Positions 12,462-21,936 of a stretch of DNA of 64,000 nucleotides are shown one piece after another. Source of the DNA: Myxococcales bacterium (GTDB lineage: Bacteria > Myxococcota_A > Polyangia > Polyangiales > DASUME01); assembly GCA_047601445.1 (NCBI GenBank), contig JASGJH010000001.1, positions 2,368,001 through 2,432,000 of the forward strand, written 5' to 3'. The notes under the pieces are model-generated. The model made no database searches. It was given only the letters and a program-made list of their open reading frames with translations, and was not told where the DNA came from. A program made the translations under genes and the position numbers. Each line of letters starts with the position of its first letter. Positions within the stretch are counted from its first letter, which is position 1.

Positions 12462-12488
12462 AGGCAGGCTGAGCAGCCTGCCTTTTTT
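12462..12488 (+). terminator. Intrinsic terminator after rplC
   Basis: AGGCAGGCT-GAGC-AGCCTGCCT hairpin followed by a T run. Confidence 0.8.
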
Positions 12489-12505
12489 CGTTTCGGGGAA
12501 GACAG

Positions 12506-13099
12506 ATGGCGAAGAGCGGCCGACCCCAGGACAGCTTCGGTGACAAGGCCAAGAAAGAGGGCTTTGCCGCGCGCTCTGTCTACAAGCTCGAGGAGATCGA
12601 TCGGCGCGCCCAGCTGTTCAAGCGCGGCATGCGCGTGCTGGACATGGGTGCCTTCCCGGGCTCCTGGACGCAGTACGCTGCGCTCAAGGTGGGGCGCGAG
12701 GGATACGTGCTCGCCGTGGACCAGCAAGAGTGGCGCGGCGGCTTCCCGCCTCAGGTGGAGACCCGGCGCTGCGACGTGCTCACGCTGACTCCGCTCGATC
12801 TGGGCGGCCCCGCCAGCTTCGACATCGTGATGAGCGACATGGCGCCTTGGACCACGGGCACGCGCTTCGTCGATCAATGTCGCAGCTTCGATCTCTTCAT
12901 CCACGCCCTGACGATCGCCGAGGGAACCCTGCGCGGCCAGGGCGTCTTCATCGGCAAGATCTTCCAGGGCCCCGACTTTCACGAGGCCAAGAAGCGCGTC
13001 GAGGCGTTGTTCAGCAAAACGCGCGTGATGAAGCCCGATGCCTCCCGCAAAGAGAGCTACGAGGTCTTCGTGGTCGCCACCGGCTTCAGGCCCGAGTAG
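12506..13099 (+). CDS. rlmE: 23S rRNA 2'-O-methyltransferase RlmE/FtsJ
   Basis: ARSVYKLEEID, LDMGAFPGSWTQ, SDMAP, KIFQG, SRKESYE. Confidence 0.93.
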   Translation: MAKSGRPQDSFGDKAKKEGFAARSVYKLEEIDRRAQLFKRGMRVLDMGAFPGSWTQYAALKVGREGYVLAVDQQEWRGGFPPQVETRRCDVLTLTPLDLGGPASFDIVMSDMAPWTTGTRFVDQCRSFDLFIHALTIAEGTLRGQGVFIGKIFQGPDFHEAKKRVEALFSKTRVMKPDASRKESYEVFVVATGFRPE

Positions 13100-14267
13100 C
13101 CGGGCTCTCGGCGGCGCGACCGGCGGCCGCGAACGCCCGTTCATGCTCGAGCGCCCCCGCCGCCATCGCACGCTGCCGGGCGATCTGGGCGTGCTCCTCG
13201 AGCAGGGCCAGCTCACGCCGCAACCCGACCGGCCGCGACACGCCCACGAGATCCAACATGTCGCGCAGGCGCAAACGCCAATCGTGCAGCGTGAGGGCGT
13301 AGTAGCGGTTGCGAAGGCGGATGCGCGCGAGCTCCGCCTCGTCGTCGAGGAAGGCCCGCAGGAACTCCACGGCCATGCGGGGCGTGGGCGGCAACTGCAC
13401 GTGGGCATCGGGCCAGCACAGCAGGCGATCGGCCTCGCTGGTCGTGGGACGCGTGCCCACGGCGGCGCAACCGGCGGCGAAGGCCTCGTACCAGCGCAGG
13501 GTCACGACCGAGTGAGGGAACTTGCGCATCCCCGGGCTCAGCGTGTCGAAGCACAAGCTCGCCTTGGCCTGACGTAAGAGTCGCTGCAGGGAGGCGTAGT
13601 AGTGCAGGTCCAGGCGTTCCTCCACGGGCTGCGCGGGATGCAGCTCCGAGTGGCGTCCCTCGATGCGCACGAACAGGTGCCTCGATTCGGGACGCGCGAA
13701 GCTCTCGAGGAACGTGGACAGAAACGCGGTCGGCAAGCGCCCGTAGCTAACCAGATCCACTCTGCGTGGATCGTCGGCCATCGCTTGCCCGAGCGCGTCA
13801 GCTGCGAATGGAATCACCGAGGGCACGATCCCGAGGTGGTGCTGCCAGAGCGCGAGCTCCTCGGGCAAGGAGATGAACACGCGATTGAAATTCTGGAAGA
13901 AGCTCGGGTAGTCCCCCCAGGCATCGAAGACGTAGCCGGCGATCAGATCGAAGCGCTTGCGGTAGTCCCCGAGCGCCTCGAACACCTGCAAATCCCAGGC
14001 GGCCATCCCGATGGCGAGCGCGAGCTCGGGCCCCTCCTTCTTCGGCAAACGCTCCGGCTCGTATTTGCCGATGGAGCGCCGCACGAGCGCGCGTGCCACG
14101 TAGCCAGAAGAGCCGGGTACGTTCTCGAGGACCTTGGAGAGCTCGCGCGTCCGGGGCGCGATGATGGTGGCATCGCACGCATGGGCGATGAGGTTTTCGA
14201 GCTCGTAGATCGGGTCCTGAAAGACCGCGCTGAGCCCGCCGCGATTCGAGACGAGATAGATCTTCAT
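13086..14267 (-). CDS. Putative GT-B glycosyltransferase (CgeB/Glyco_trans_1_2-like)
   Basis: C-terminal RWYEAFAAG...GT.P, and N...AL..HDW..R pattern. Confidence 0.6.
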   Translation of the reverse strand: MKIYLVSNRGGLSAVFQDPIYELENLIAHACDATIIAPRTRELSKVLENVPGSSGYVARALVRRSIGKYEPERLPKKEGPELALAIGMAAWDLQVFEALGDYRKRFDLIAGYVFDAWGDYPSFFQNFNRVFISLPEELALWQHHLGIVPSVIPFAADALGQAMADDPRRVDLVSYGRLPTAFLSTFLESFARPESRHLFVRIEGRHSELHPAQPVEERLDLHYYASLQRLLRQAKASLCFDTLSPGMRKFPHSVVTLRWYEAFAAGCAAVGTRPTTSEADRLLCWPDAHVQLPPTPRMAVEFLRAFLDDEAELARIRLRNRYYALTLHDWRLRLRDMLDLVGVSRPVGLRRELALLEEHAQIARQRAMAAGALEHERAFAAAGRAAESPATRA

Positions 14268-14560
14268 CGACACAGCTTCCTGCCTCGACTTACGCCGGCG
14301 TTGGCGGACCTTCTCCCACCTGAACGTCGCGCGACGTCAGATCGATTGTTCTGCGCTGCACAGAGCCGAGCAACGCGTGAATTCGCGCAATTTCTCGGAC
14401 GTCCGCGGACGGGAGTGCATGGGAGCACGCGCTTCTTGGACCGCTGCACAGCTGGACGCGGGCACTCGGTGCCGCCAGGCATGCCCCAGCGTGGGGTGAA
14501 TGCCGAACATCACGCGAGCACAGCGTGCTTCAATGCGTGCTTTCCGATGGGGGCCTTTAC

Positions 14561-14914
14561 ATGCGTGTTCACTCGCTGATTTTGTGCTGCGTGGCGTCGA
14601 TGGGATGGGGCCTGCTCGGAGGCTGCGGCGACGACGACAACGACAACGACGTGCCCAGCGCGGTGCGCGAAGTCTGCGCAACCCAGGCGGACAAGGGACA
14701 GGCGTGCGGCTACTTCGACTCCGGCAGCGGCGTCACCCGCGGGGACTACATCAAGCTCTGCGAAGCGACGGCCGCCGACGAATTCAAGTCGTGCACGCCC
14801 AAGGACAGCGCCGTGGACGCCTGTCGCAAGGCCTACGAGGCCCAGGACTGCGATCAGGTCGGCGCAGGTGAGATGCCCGATGAGTGCGTGTTCATGTGCC
14901 AGAAGGCGGATTGA
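14561..14914 (+). CDS. Small Cys-rich acidic lipoprotein
   Basis: Lipobox LLGGC+GDDDND; eight further Cys in the mature part. Confidence 0.7.
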   Translation: MRVHSLILCCVASMGWGLLGGCGDDDNDNDVPSAVREVCATQADKGQACGYFDSGSGVTRGDYIKLCEATAADEFKSCTPKDSAVDACRKAYEAQDCDQVGAGEMPDECVFMCQKAD

Positions 14915-14923
14915 AGACGCGGC

Positions 14924-15247
14924 TCACGGCCCGCTGAGCGCGCGCACGGGCGTGGGACGTATGGGACCCATGCCCAGCAGTGCTTCCAAACGCCGATCGA
15001 GCGCCACCGACACCGGCTCGCCCGAGTCCTCGCGAAACCAGCTCACGCTCCGGTTCGGGACGAGCTTGCGCACGTAGTACTCGTCGAAGACGTCGACCAC
15101 GCGTGCGCGCGGCGCGCTCGCCGGCGATCCCGCCAGCAAGCTGATTTCCAGGCCCCCCAACCTTTGCCAGGCGCGGCGCAGCCACGTCCCGAAGCGAACT
15201 GCGAGCACGCCGCACAGAAGTCCGCTCACGAAGCCGATGAAGCCCAT
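14924..15247 (-). CDS. Small hypothetical membrane protein
   Basis: MGFIGFVSGLLCGVLAVRFG N-terminal TM; fills the gap between neighbours. Confidence 0.45.
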   Translation of the reverse strand: MGFIGFVSGLLCGVLAVRFGTWLRRAWQRLGGLEISLLAGSPASAPRARVVDVFDEYYVRKLVPNRSVSWFREDSGEPVSVALDRRLEALLGMGPIRPTPVRALSGP

Positions 15248-15360
15248 GGCAAGCACCTCGTGTGAGTCCTCTGATCCCTTGCCATGGAGCTCGCGTACCC
15301 ACCACTGCTGAGCTGTCGAGCACGGGCGGAGGAGAAGGCGTGCGCTTGCGTGCGGAGCGC

Positions 15361-18150
15361 TCAGGGCGTGGGCGCGAAGGGCAAACAAGCGCTCGACAGG
15401 TACTGGAAGTCTTGGGTCCCGAGCGCGCCACTCGGCGTGGCCGTGGGCTCGTCGCCGTTGAAGTCGACCACTTGGGCGCCGAGACCGCCGGTGCCGATCA
15501 CCAACCACTTGCCGGGAGTCAGCAGCGGGTACACGCCGCGTGGCGCGCCAGTCGCGAAGTCGATCTGCACCTTGCCCGCGTCCGAGAACTGCGTGAGCCG
15601 CTTGGCGCCCGCCTCGACCACACCGAGCACGCTGCCCATGGGTGTCGCGGCGAAGGACAGCTGCTCGGGCTGCGAGAGTCCCAACGGAAGCTCGGACGGC
15701 TTGGCAGGGTCGTCGGGCTGAATCGCGAGCAAGGTTTGCTGCCCGTCGTCCGCCGCCTGGTTCGAGACGACCACTAGTCCCGTGTGCTCCTCCACCGCCA
15801 GCCCGAACCCGCGCGTACTCGTATCGGCGGTGTAGAGGCCGAGATCGTCGCCGATCTGCACCACTGGGCCCAAGCCGTTCGCGACCAGCACGCTGCCGTC
15901 CGGGAACAGGCCGAGGCCGTTGGCGAGGAAGGGGAAGTTCTGATCGGCCAGCTCGGCGCTGGTCACCATGGCCACTGGCTCATCGAGTCCGTCGGCCGTG
16001 GAGGGGTAGAGATAGAGACCTTCCTCACCGGTCTTTTGCTGACTAGCGAGCAGACATCCCTCCAACTGGACCACCTGCTTGAAGCTCGAGCCCGCTTCGC
16101 TGAGCACGCTCCCGAGACGCTCACCGCTGCTCGGGTCGAAGGCTTCGATGCCATTCTTCGTGGCGGCCAAGAGCACGTGGTGGGGCCCCATGGAGCAACC
16201 CGAGGAGAGTTTCACCACCTGGGATGGGCACGGTTCGATCGCCGATCCGGGCAGTGTGACCGCATAGCCAGCGAGCACGGGCAGCACCCGCTCACCTGGC
16301 CACAGCGTGCGTTCCTCGTCCCAGCGCACGTTGAAGAACTCGAGCGTGACCTCTGCGACCGGCCCGAGGAATGCTGCGGCCTTGGCCGCGGCTGCTTGGG
16401 CGTCGTCGAAGCCCGCGGCGAACTCGGCGCTGGAGAAGATCTGGGCTTGCCGGCGTTTCTCGACCAGGGGCAGCAGCGCGGGACGCAGCCACCGCTCGAA
16501 CACCAGATGACGCCCACCCGACTGATCGACCGAGAGTCCGCGCACCACGACCAAATCGGCCGCGCCGTCTGCGAAGGAGAAGGTGGTCTCGGCGCCGTTG
16601 GGCACGCCAAACGCCAGCTCGAGCTCCGTGAAGTTGGGCGCCACCACCTCGCGCTGCAGGTCGCCCGCAAAGCTGGCAGTGAGCAGACCGGTGGGGGTGC
16701 TGCCGAGGTCGTAGAACCCTTGATCCTGACTGACGGGCGCACTGGCTTCGTAGTGATCGGTATCGAAGCTCAATGAGATCGCGTTGGCTGACAGCCCCGA
16801 ACTCGCCAGCTCGACTTCGCTGAAGGGACCTTGCGATGCCAGAGGACCGTCGTCCTCTCGGTAGGTCCCCGACCCCACCGGCGTGAACTCTGCGAGCGCA
16901 GCATCCGTCGACACGAAAGCTTCGGCGCGCATGCCATCGGCGCTCACCGCGAAGTCCAATATGCCAAGCGGTCCGCGGCCGTTGCTGCCACCCTCCAGCG
17001 TGTCGACGGCCGAAACGCGATCGAGAGAGAGCGCGCAGCCCACCAGCCGCGTGGCATCGACGAGGAGCTCGGTGGTGTCGCCGTTCTTGAAGAGCAGATT
17101 GACGGTCGCCTGTGCGCTGCCCGGAAAGTCACAGAAAAACCGCGACGGCAGGTGGGTCGCCGCGGCCTGGGCCGTGGTCAGATCGAACACGCGACCTTCG
17201 CTGAGCACGCTGTCCGCGTAGTCGCTGTCGAGCTCGGCCCCCGTGCGCATCACCGAGCGCGTTTCACATTCGTCGGCAACCTCGACGGGCAGCGCATCAC
17301 CGACTGGCTGGATCGGCTCGAGGTTGCAGCCCTGCGAGACGAGCGCCAGGGTGCGCTGCGTGCTGGGCTGCCCGTTCACCGTGATCTTGCTCCCGAAGTC
17401 GAAGACCTCGCCCGTGTAGTAGCGGTCCTGGGCGGGAAACTCGAAGCTCACTTCGTAGCGCGGCTCGGCGCCGTCGAGGTGGCGCAGATAGAGGTAGGCC
17501 CCGGCGGCGTCGAGCTGGCTGAGCGCCAGCCACTGGCCTACCTGCGGAGAAAACTCGAACCGCGCCCCGAGCGCATTGGCGGGCAGCTCACCCGGGACGA
17601 ACACGCGGATTAGCGCGGGCGCGACCACGGCGCCGTCAGCCCCCTGCGGTGTGAAGGCGGCGTCGGGCGCGGCCGCGAACAAGCCACTACCCAGCGGCGC
17701 ACCGAGCGACTCGAGGAAGTACACCTTGCCCCGATGGTGGTCGGCGGCGACCTCCGCAGGGACCTGATCGGCAGGCACCTGACACAAACGAAGCGCGGCG
17801 CCCGCGCTCGGGTTCGGGAACATCACCCCGGCAAAGCCGTCGTCGCTCGGGATGGTCTGGCCCGGCTGCACATTCACATCGGGCGTTTCGCAGTGGAAGG
17901 CCACTGGGCCCGCCGCGTCGCCTGCGTCACTCTGGCCTCCAGCGTCCTGGCCGGCGTCGCCGTCGCCTCCCTGCAGATCGCCGTCTCCGTCTCCGTCGCC
18001 GTCGCCCCAGCCCCCATCGGCGTGGGTCATGGGGTGGCCGTCGTCGCCCGCGTCGTCATCGACGCCCCCGGAATGATGATGATCGTCGTTACAGGCGGAG
18101 ATCGGGACGAGCAACCACAGGCCCAGGAGGGCGCGACGCAAGATAAGCAT
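15361..18150 (-). CDS. Large multidomain lipoprotein with probable C-terminal beta-propeller
   Basis: Lipobox ISAC; His/Asp/Gly low-complexity linker (GDGDGDGDG); C-terminal repeats ANGLGL, GFGLAV, PEQLSF, PRGVY. Confidence 0.75.
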   Translation of the reverse strand: MLILRRALLGLWLLVPISACNDDHHHSGGVDDDAGDDGHPMTHADGGWGDGDGDGDGDLQGGDGDAGQDAGGQSDAGDAAGPVAFHCETPDVNVQPGQTIPSDDGFAGVMFPNPSAGAALRLCQVPADQVPAEVAADHHRGKVYFLESLGAPLGSGLFAAAPDAAFTPQGADGAVVAPALIRVFVPGELPANALGARFEFSPQVGQWLALSQLDAAGAYLYLRHLDGAEPRYEVSFEFPAQDRYYTGEVFDFGSKITVNGQPSTQRTLALVSQGCNLEPIQPVGDALPVEVADECETRSVMRTGAELDSDYADSVLSEGRVFDLTTAQAAATHLPSRFFCDFPGSAQATVNLLFKNGDTTELLVDATRLVGCALSLDRVSAVDTLEGGSNGRGPLGILDFAVSADGMRAEAFVSTDAALAEFTPVGSGTYREDDGPLASQGPFSEVELASSGLSANAISLSFDTDHYEASAPVSQDQGFYDLGSTPTGLLTASFAGDLQREVVAPNFTELELAFGVPNGAETTFSFADGAADLVVVRGLSVDQSGGRHLVFERWLRPALLPLVEKRRQAQIFSSAEFAAGFDDAQAAAAKAAAFLGPVAEVTLEFFNVRWDEERTLWPGERVLPVLAGYAVTLPGSAIEPCPSQVVKLSSGCSMGPHHVLLAATKNGIEAFDPSSGERLGSVLSEAGSSFKQVVQLEGCLLASQQKTGEEGLYLYPSTADGLDEPVAMVTSAELADQNFPFLANGLGLFPDGSVLVANGLGPVVQIGDDLGLYTADTSTRGFGLAVEEHTGLVVVSNQAADDGQQTLLAIQPDDPAKPSELPLGLSQPEQLSFAATPMGSVLGVVEAGAKRLTQFSDAGKVQIDFATGAPRGVYPLLTPGKWLVIGTGGLGAQVVDFNGDEPTATPSGALGTQDFQYLSSACLPFAPTP

Positions 18151-18165
18151 GGAGAGACTCCTGTC

Positions 18166-19233
18166 TCACTTCTTCTTCTGCGATTGCTTGATGTGCTCGA
18201 GCTTCTCTTTGGCCCGGGCAGCGAGCTCACCCTTGGGCTCCAAGGCAATGCAGCGCTGATAGTGTTCGGTGGCGCCACGCAGGTCGCCGTCGGCGGCCAA
18301 CATGGATCCAAGCAAGTAGTGCGCGGAAACGGCCTTCTCGTCGAGTGACAAGGCTTGCTGCAGCGATGACTTAGCGGCTGCGCCATCACCCGCAGCGTTC
18401 TGAGCGAGTGCCAACTCCGAGAGCAGCGCGGCCGTGGGCTTACCATCGTCGGCGGCAATCGCCCCCTGCAGCGCGCGTACGGCCTCGTCGGGCTTTCCGG
18501 CTCGACGCATTCCGTTGCCGATGGCCAGGAGCGCCGCGCGATCCCCCGTGGCCGCCTGCAAGCCGGCCCGCAGCGAGCGGACCGCACCCTCCTGGTCACC
18601 GCGGGCGAGCAGGAAGAGCCCGTAGTTCGCCTGCAACATGGCGTCCTTGGGGGCGAGGCCGATGGCTTTGCGATAGGCCTTGTCGGCCTCCTCGGCGTTG
18701 CCCGCGTCCTCGTAGGCCAGCGCCAGATTGGCCGGGGCCGAGGCCAACTTGGGATCGAGCTCCTGAGCTCGCTGGAATTCGGTGATGGCGTCCGCGTCCT
18801 TGCCCTGGTCGCGCAGCACCAAGCCGAGATTGTTGTGGGCTTCTGCCAGGTTGGCATCGCTCTCGATGGCCTGGCGATAGGCCTTCTCGGCAGCAGGGAT
18901 ATTGCCGAGCGCTTCGAAGCTCAGGCCCAGACCGAGCGCGGCGCGCGCATCCCCCGGGTTCTCCGCCAGGGCTGCCTCGAACTTGCTGCGAGCCCCCTCG
19001 GCATCACCCTTGGCCAGCAGGGCCTCGGCGGCCTTCACGGTGCTCGAGGCGGCGGGTGGGGCCCGGCGGGGCGAGGCGGCTGCACCAGCCGAGTCCTCTA
19101 CCAGGAGGTCATCCGGCGAGGCGGCGGGCGGGGACGAACCGGCGCTCTTACACGCGGCGGTCGATAGCAAGAGGACGATGGCGGAAAGGAGGGTCGGGCT
19201 AGTTCTCGCGCTCACGACTGACTTCAATCGCAT
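18166..19233 (-). CDS. TPR-repeat lipoprotein
   Basis: Lipobox TAAC; AHNNLGLVL, AHYLLG TPR repeats; start uncertain. Confidence 0.85.
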   Translation of the reverse strand: MRLKSVVSARTSPTLLSAIVLLLSTAACKSAGSSPPAASPDDLLVEDSAGAAASPRRAPPAASSTVKAAEALLAKGDAEGARSKFEAALAENPGDARAALGLGLSFEALGNIPAAEKAYRQAIESDANLAEAHNNLGLVLRDQGKDADAITEFQRAQELDPKLASAPANLALAYEDAGNAEEADKAYRKAIGLAPKDAMLQANYGLFLLARGDQEGAVRSLRAGLQAATGDRAALLAIGNGMRRAGKPDEAVRALQGAIAADDGKPTAALLSELALAQNAAGDGAAAKSSLQQALSLDEKAVSAHYLLGSMLAADGDLRGATEHYQRCIALEPKGELAARAKEKLEHIKQSQKKK

Positions 19234-21889
19234 CCACGAGCTTTTGCCGCAAGGCTTCACATTGGTCCGGCTCGAGCTTTCGCCCGCCGGCACGCTCCAC
19301 GTAGAACACGTCGGCGGCCTTGAGCCCCTCGGTGTTGACCTTGGAGAGCGCGATCGAGAGCCCCTCGAGGTGAAGGGTATGGGAGATCGCGTACAGCAGA
19401 CCCACGTGGTCTCGGGCGTAGACGTCGACCACCGTGTAGCGCGGGGAAACGCTGTTATCGATCACGACCCTGGTGCGTACGTCCGGGCCCTTGCGCTTGG
19501 CCCAGCTCGGCACGCGCGTGCGCTTCTTGAGCAAGTCCTGGGCGCTCACCCGGCCCGTCAGCACGGAGTCGATGTCCTGGGCGACCTTGGCGAGCTCTTC
19601 CTCGCTCAGAGGCTCGCCCGTGTGCGTCGAGGGACGCACGTGGATCAAGTCCACGGCCTCGGCGCCACGGCCGCGGCGCTCGCGCGAGTAGATCTGGGCG
19701 GCGGTGATCTCCACGCGGTTGGCCGACAGGGCGGCCGTGATGTTGGAGAGCAAGCCGGGCACGTCGTCGGTCAGCACCAACATCTCGGTAACGTCGTTGG
19801 TGGGTCCAGGGAAGGCTGCCACGTGGACGGCCTGCTGCTGACGGCCGCGGGCGGCGCGCGCATGGGCCCGGATGACGTCCACCGGGTGAGCCAGCAGATA
19901 GCGCTCGGGCATCTCGTCGACGAACGCCTCGAGCAGCTCCTGACCCGCGTCTCCCACGAAGCCGATGCGCGCGCTGCGTCGGATCTCCTCGGCGCGCTGC
20001 ATCAGGTTGGGGGCGCGGCCCTCCAGCACGCGCAGGACCGCTACGTAGAGGTCCTCGAGCATGCGCGCCTTCCACTCGGTCATCGCCTGCGGGTTGGTAG
20101 TGGACACGTCCGCCACCGTGAGCAGGTAGAGATCGCGCAGGCGATCGATGGAGCCCACCTTGCGCGCCACTTCTTCGATGGTGGTGGGATCCGAGGTGTC
20201 GCGGCGGGTGGCCCAGTGATAGAGGCTCAGGTGCTCCTGCACGAGCCAAACCACGTGATCCACGTCGAGCGGCGCGAGCCCGAGGCGCTCCGCGATGCCG
20301 CGAGCCATGATGGCGCCCTGGCGCGCGTGGTCCTTGCCGTAGGCCTTGCCGATGTCGTGCAAGAGCAGCCCGAGATAGAGCGGCAGCGGACGCGGGGTCT
20401 CGGCCGCCAGCTGGCTGGCGAGGGGCTGCTCGAGCGCGAGGTCGCCGCGCATCAGCGCGCGCAGGCGATCGATGGCTGCGATGGAGTGAACGTCCACCGT
20501 GTACACATGGTAGACGTCGTGCTGAACGCGACCGGTGACCGGCTCGAACTCCGGGATCATCGCCAGGAGCAGGCCGAGTTCGTGGAGCTCACCGAGGATG
20601 GAGTTCCGACGCAGCGGCACTTCGCCAGCGTGGCAGAGCAGCTTGCAGAACAGGGTGGACGCCTGACGCGAGCGGCGCAGGGCCTGGCACCAGCTCGGAT
20701 CGGCCGCCCAGTGCGAGATGTCATCGCGCGCGCCCTCGTGGGTCGGGCGCAGGTGACGCGTGACCTCGGCGTAGAGCTCGAGCGCCAGCTCGGGACGCGC
20801 GTCGAGCACCCACGATCGCTGAAATCCCAGCTCGTTCTCCGTGGCGACGATGCCCTTCGGTAGGTCCGTGAGCGGCTCGAGCTTGACCGGTCGATAGGGT
20901 CGCGCGCGCTTGAGCAGACGCTCCGCCACGCTCGCCACGTTGCGCGCGTGGCGATAGTAGGTCTGCATGAACTGTTCGACGCCCAGGGTGGCGCCGTCCT
21001 GGAAGCCGAGGCGCGTGGCGATCTCTTCCTGGTCCTCGAAGGTCAAGCGGTCCTGAATTCGCTTGGCCCGCAGGTGAAGCAGGTTGCGCACGCGCCAGAG
21101 CATGTCTTGCGCGGCCTTGAGATCGGAGAGCTCCTTCTCCTGCAGGGCCCCCACGCGCACCAGGGAGTGCCAGTTGGGCACCGGCCAGCGCGCCCGTGCG
21201 GCCCACAGCCCCACGTCGATGTCGCGCAGGCCTCCGCGGCCCAGCTTGGCCTCGGGTTCGAGCAGGTAGAGGGAACCGCCGAAGCGCTCGTGGCGCTCCA
21301 GGGTGTCCTTCTCCATGGCATCCAGGAACGAGTCGAGATCGGCGCCGAACAGCTCCTGGCGTCCGCGCTCGACGAGCTCGCGCACGATGCTCTCATTGCC
21401 GCCGATGCGGCGCAGATCGAGCAGGGTGGTGGCGGTGCTGATGTCCGTGCGCGCCAGGGCCAACGTCTCGTTCAAGCCGCGCACCGCGTGGCCGACCTTG
21501 AGCCCGATGTCCCATAGCGGATAGAGGAACGCTTCGGCGAGCCCCACCAGGTGCGGATCCTCCGGATCGTCGCACAGGAAGATCACGTCGACGTCGCTCT
21601 TGAGACTCAGGGTACCGCGCCCGTAGCTGCCGACCGCCACCAGGGCCAAGCGTCCCTTGGGGCCGTGCCCCTGAGCACGCGAAGCGGCGTCGGAGGCGCA
21701 GAACAGGGAGTTCAGGAGTCCGTCGAGCACCTGCGCGCGTCGCTGGGCGACCACGAGCCCGCCGTCGCCGCGACGAACGGCGGCTTCGAGCTCATCGACA
21801 TAGACTCGGAGATAATCCCGACAGCTCGGTCCGAGCTCAGGGGCGATCACACCGAGGTCGAAAGCGGCCTCAAGAGCGGGTGCGCTCAT
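19199..21889 (-). CDS. glnD: [Protein-PII] uridylyltransferase
   Basis: AVGSYGRG..SDVD, GGLRDI, YHVYTVDVH, LLHDIGK (HD), two C-terminal ACT domains. Confidence 0.95.
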   Translation of the reverse strand: MSAPALEAAFDLGVIAPELGPSCRDYLRVYVDELEAAVRRGDGGLVVAQRRAQVLDGLLNSLFCASDAASRAQGHGPKGRLALVAVGSYGRGTLSLKSDVDVIFLCDDPEDPHLVGLAEAFLYPLWDIGLKVGHAVRGLNETLALARTDISTATTLLDLRRIGGNESIVRELVERGRQELFGADLDSFLDAMEKDTLERHERFGGSLYLLEPEAKLGRGGLRDIDVGLWAARARWPVPNWHSLVRVGALQEKELSDLKAAQDMLWRVRNLLHLRAKRIQDRLTFEDQEEIATRLGFQDGATLGVEQFMQTYYRHARNVASVAERLLKRARPYRPVKLEPLTDLPKGIVATENELGFQRSWVLDARPELALELYAEVTRHLRPTHEGARDDISHWAADPSWCQALRRSRQASTLFCKLLCHAGEVPLRRNSILGELHELGLLLAMIPEFEPVTGRVQHDVYHVYTVDVHSIAAIDRLRALMRGDLALEQPLASQLAAETPRPLPLYLGLLLHDIGKAYGKDHARQGAIMARGIAERLGLAPLDVDHVVWLVQEHLSLYHWATRRDTSDPTTIEEVARKVGSIDRLRDLYLLTVADVSTTNPQAMTEWKARMLEDLYVAVLRVLEGRAPNLMQRAEEIRRSARIGFVGDAGQELLEAFVDEMPERYLLAHPVDVIRAHARAARGRQQQAVHVAAFPGPTNDVTEMLVLTDDVPGLLSNITAALSANRVEITAAQIYSRERRGRGAEAVDLIHVRPSTHTGEPLSEEELAKVAQDIDSVLTGRVSAQDLLKKRTRVPSWAKRKGPDVRTRVVIDNSVSPRYTVVDVYARDHVGLLYAISHTLHLEGLSIALSKVNTEGLKAADVFYVERAGGRKLEPDQCEALRQKLVDAIEVSREREN

Positions 21890-21936
21890 CCGTTTCAGTA
21901 TGGGTGGTCGGAATGTTTCGAGCAACTTGCGGGAGC

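Noticed and set aside
14274..14560. Long intergenic region as a possible ncRNA or riboswitch
   Set aside because: No recognisable conserved RNA motif or terminator; a covariance-model search would be needed
14561..14914. Cys-rich small protein as a RiPP precursor
   Set aside because: It has a lipoprotein signal and no adjacent RiPP maturases or transporter
17940..18080. Short tandem DNA repeats (GTCGCC/GTCTCC)
   Set aside because: They encode the Gly-Asp linker of a lipoprotein; not a CRISPR array or a mobile repeat
18902..20863. Long antisense ORFs (this one and others opposite icd, metG, pilC, fadH)
   Set aside because: Shadow frames expected at high GC; no recognisable motifs
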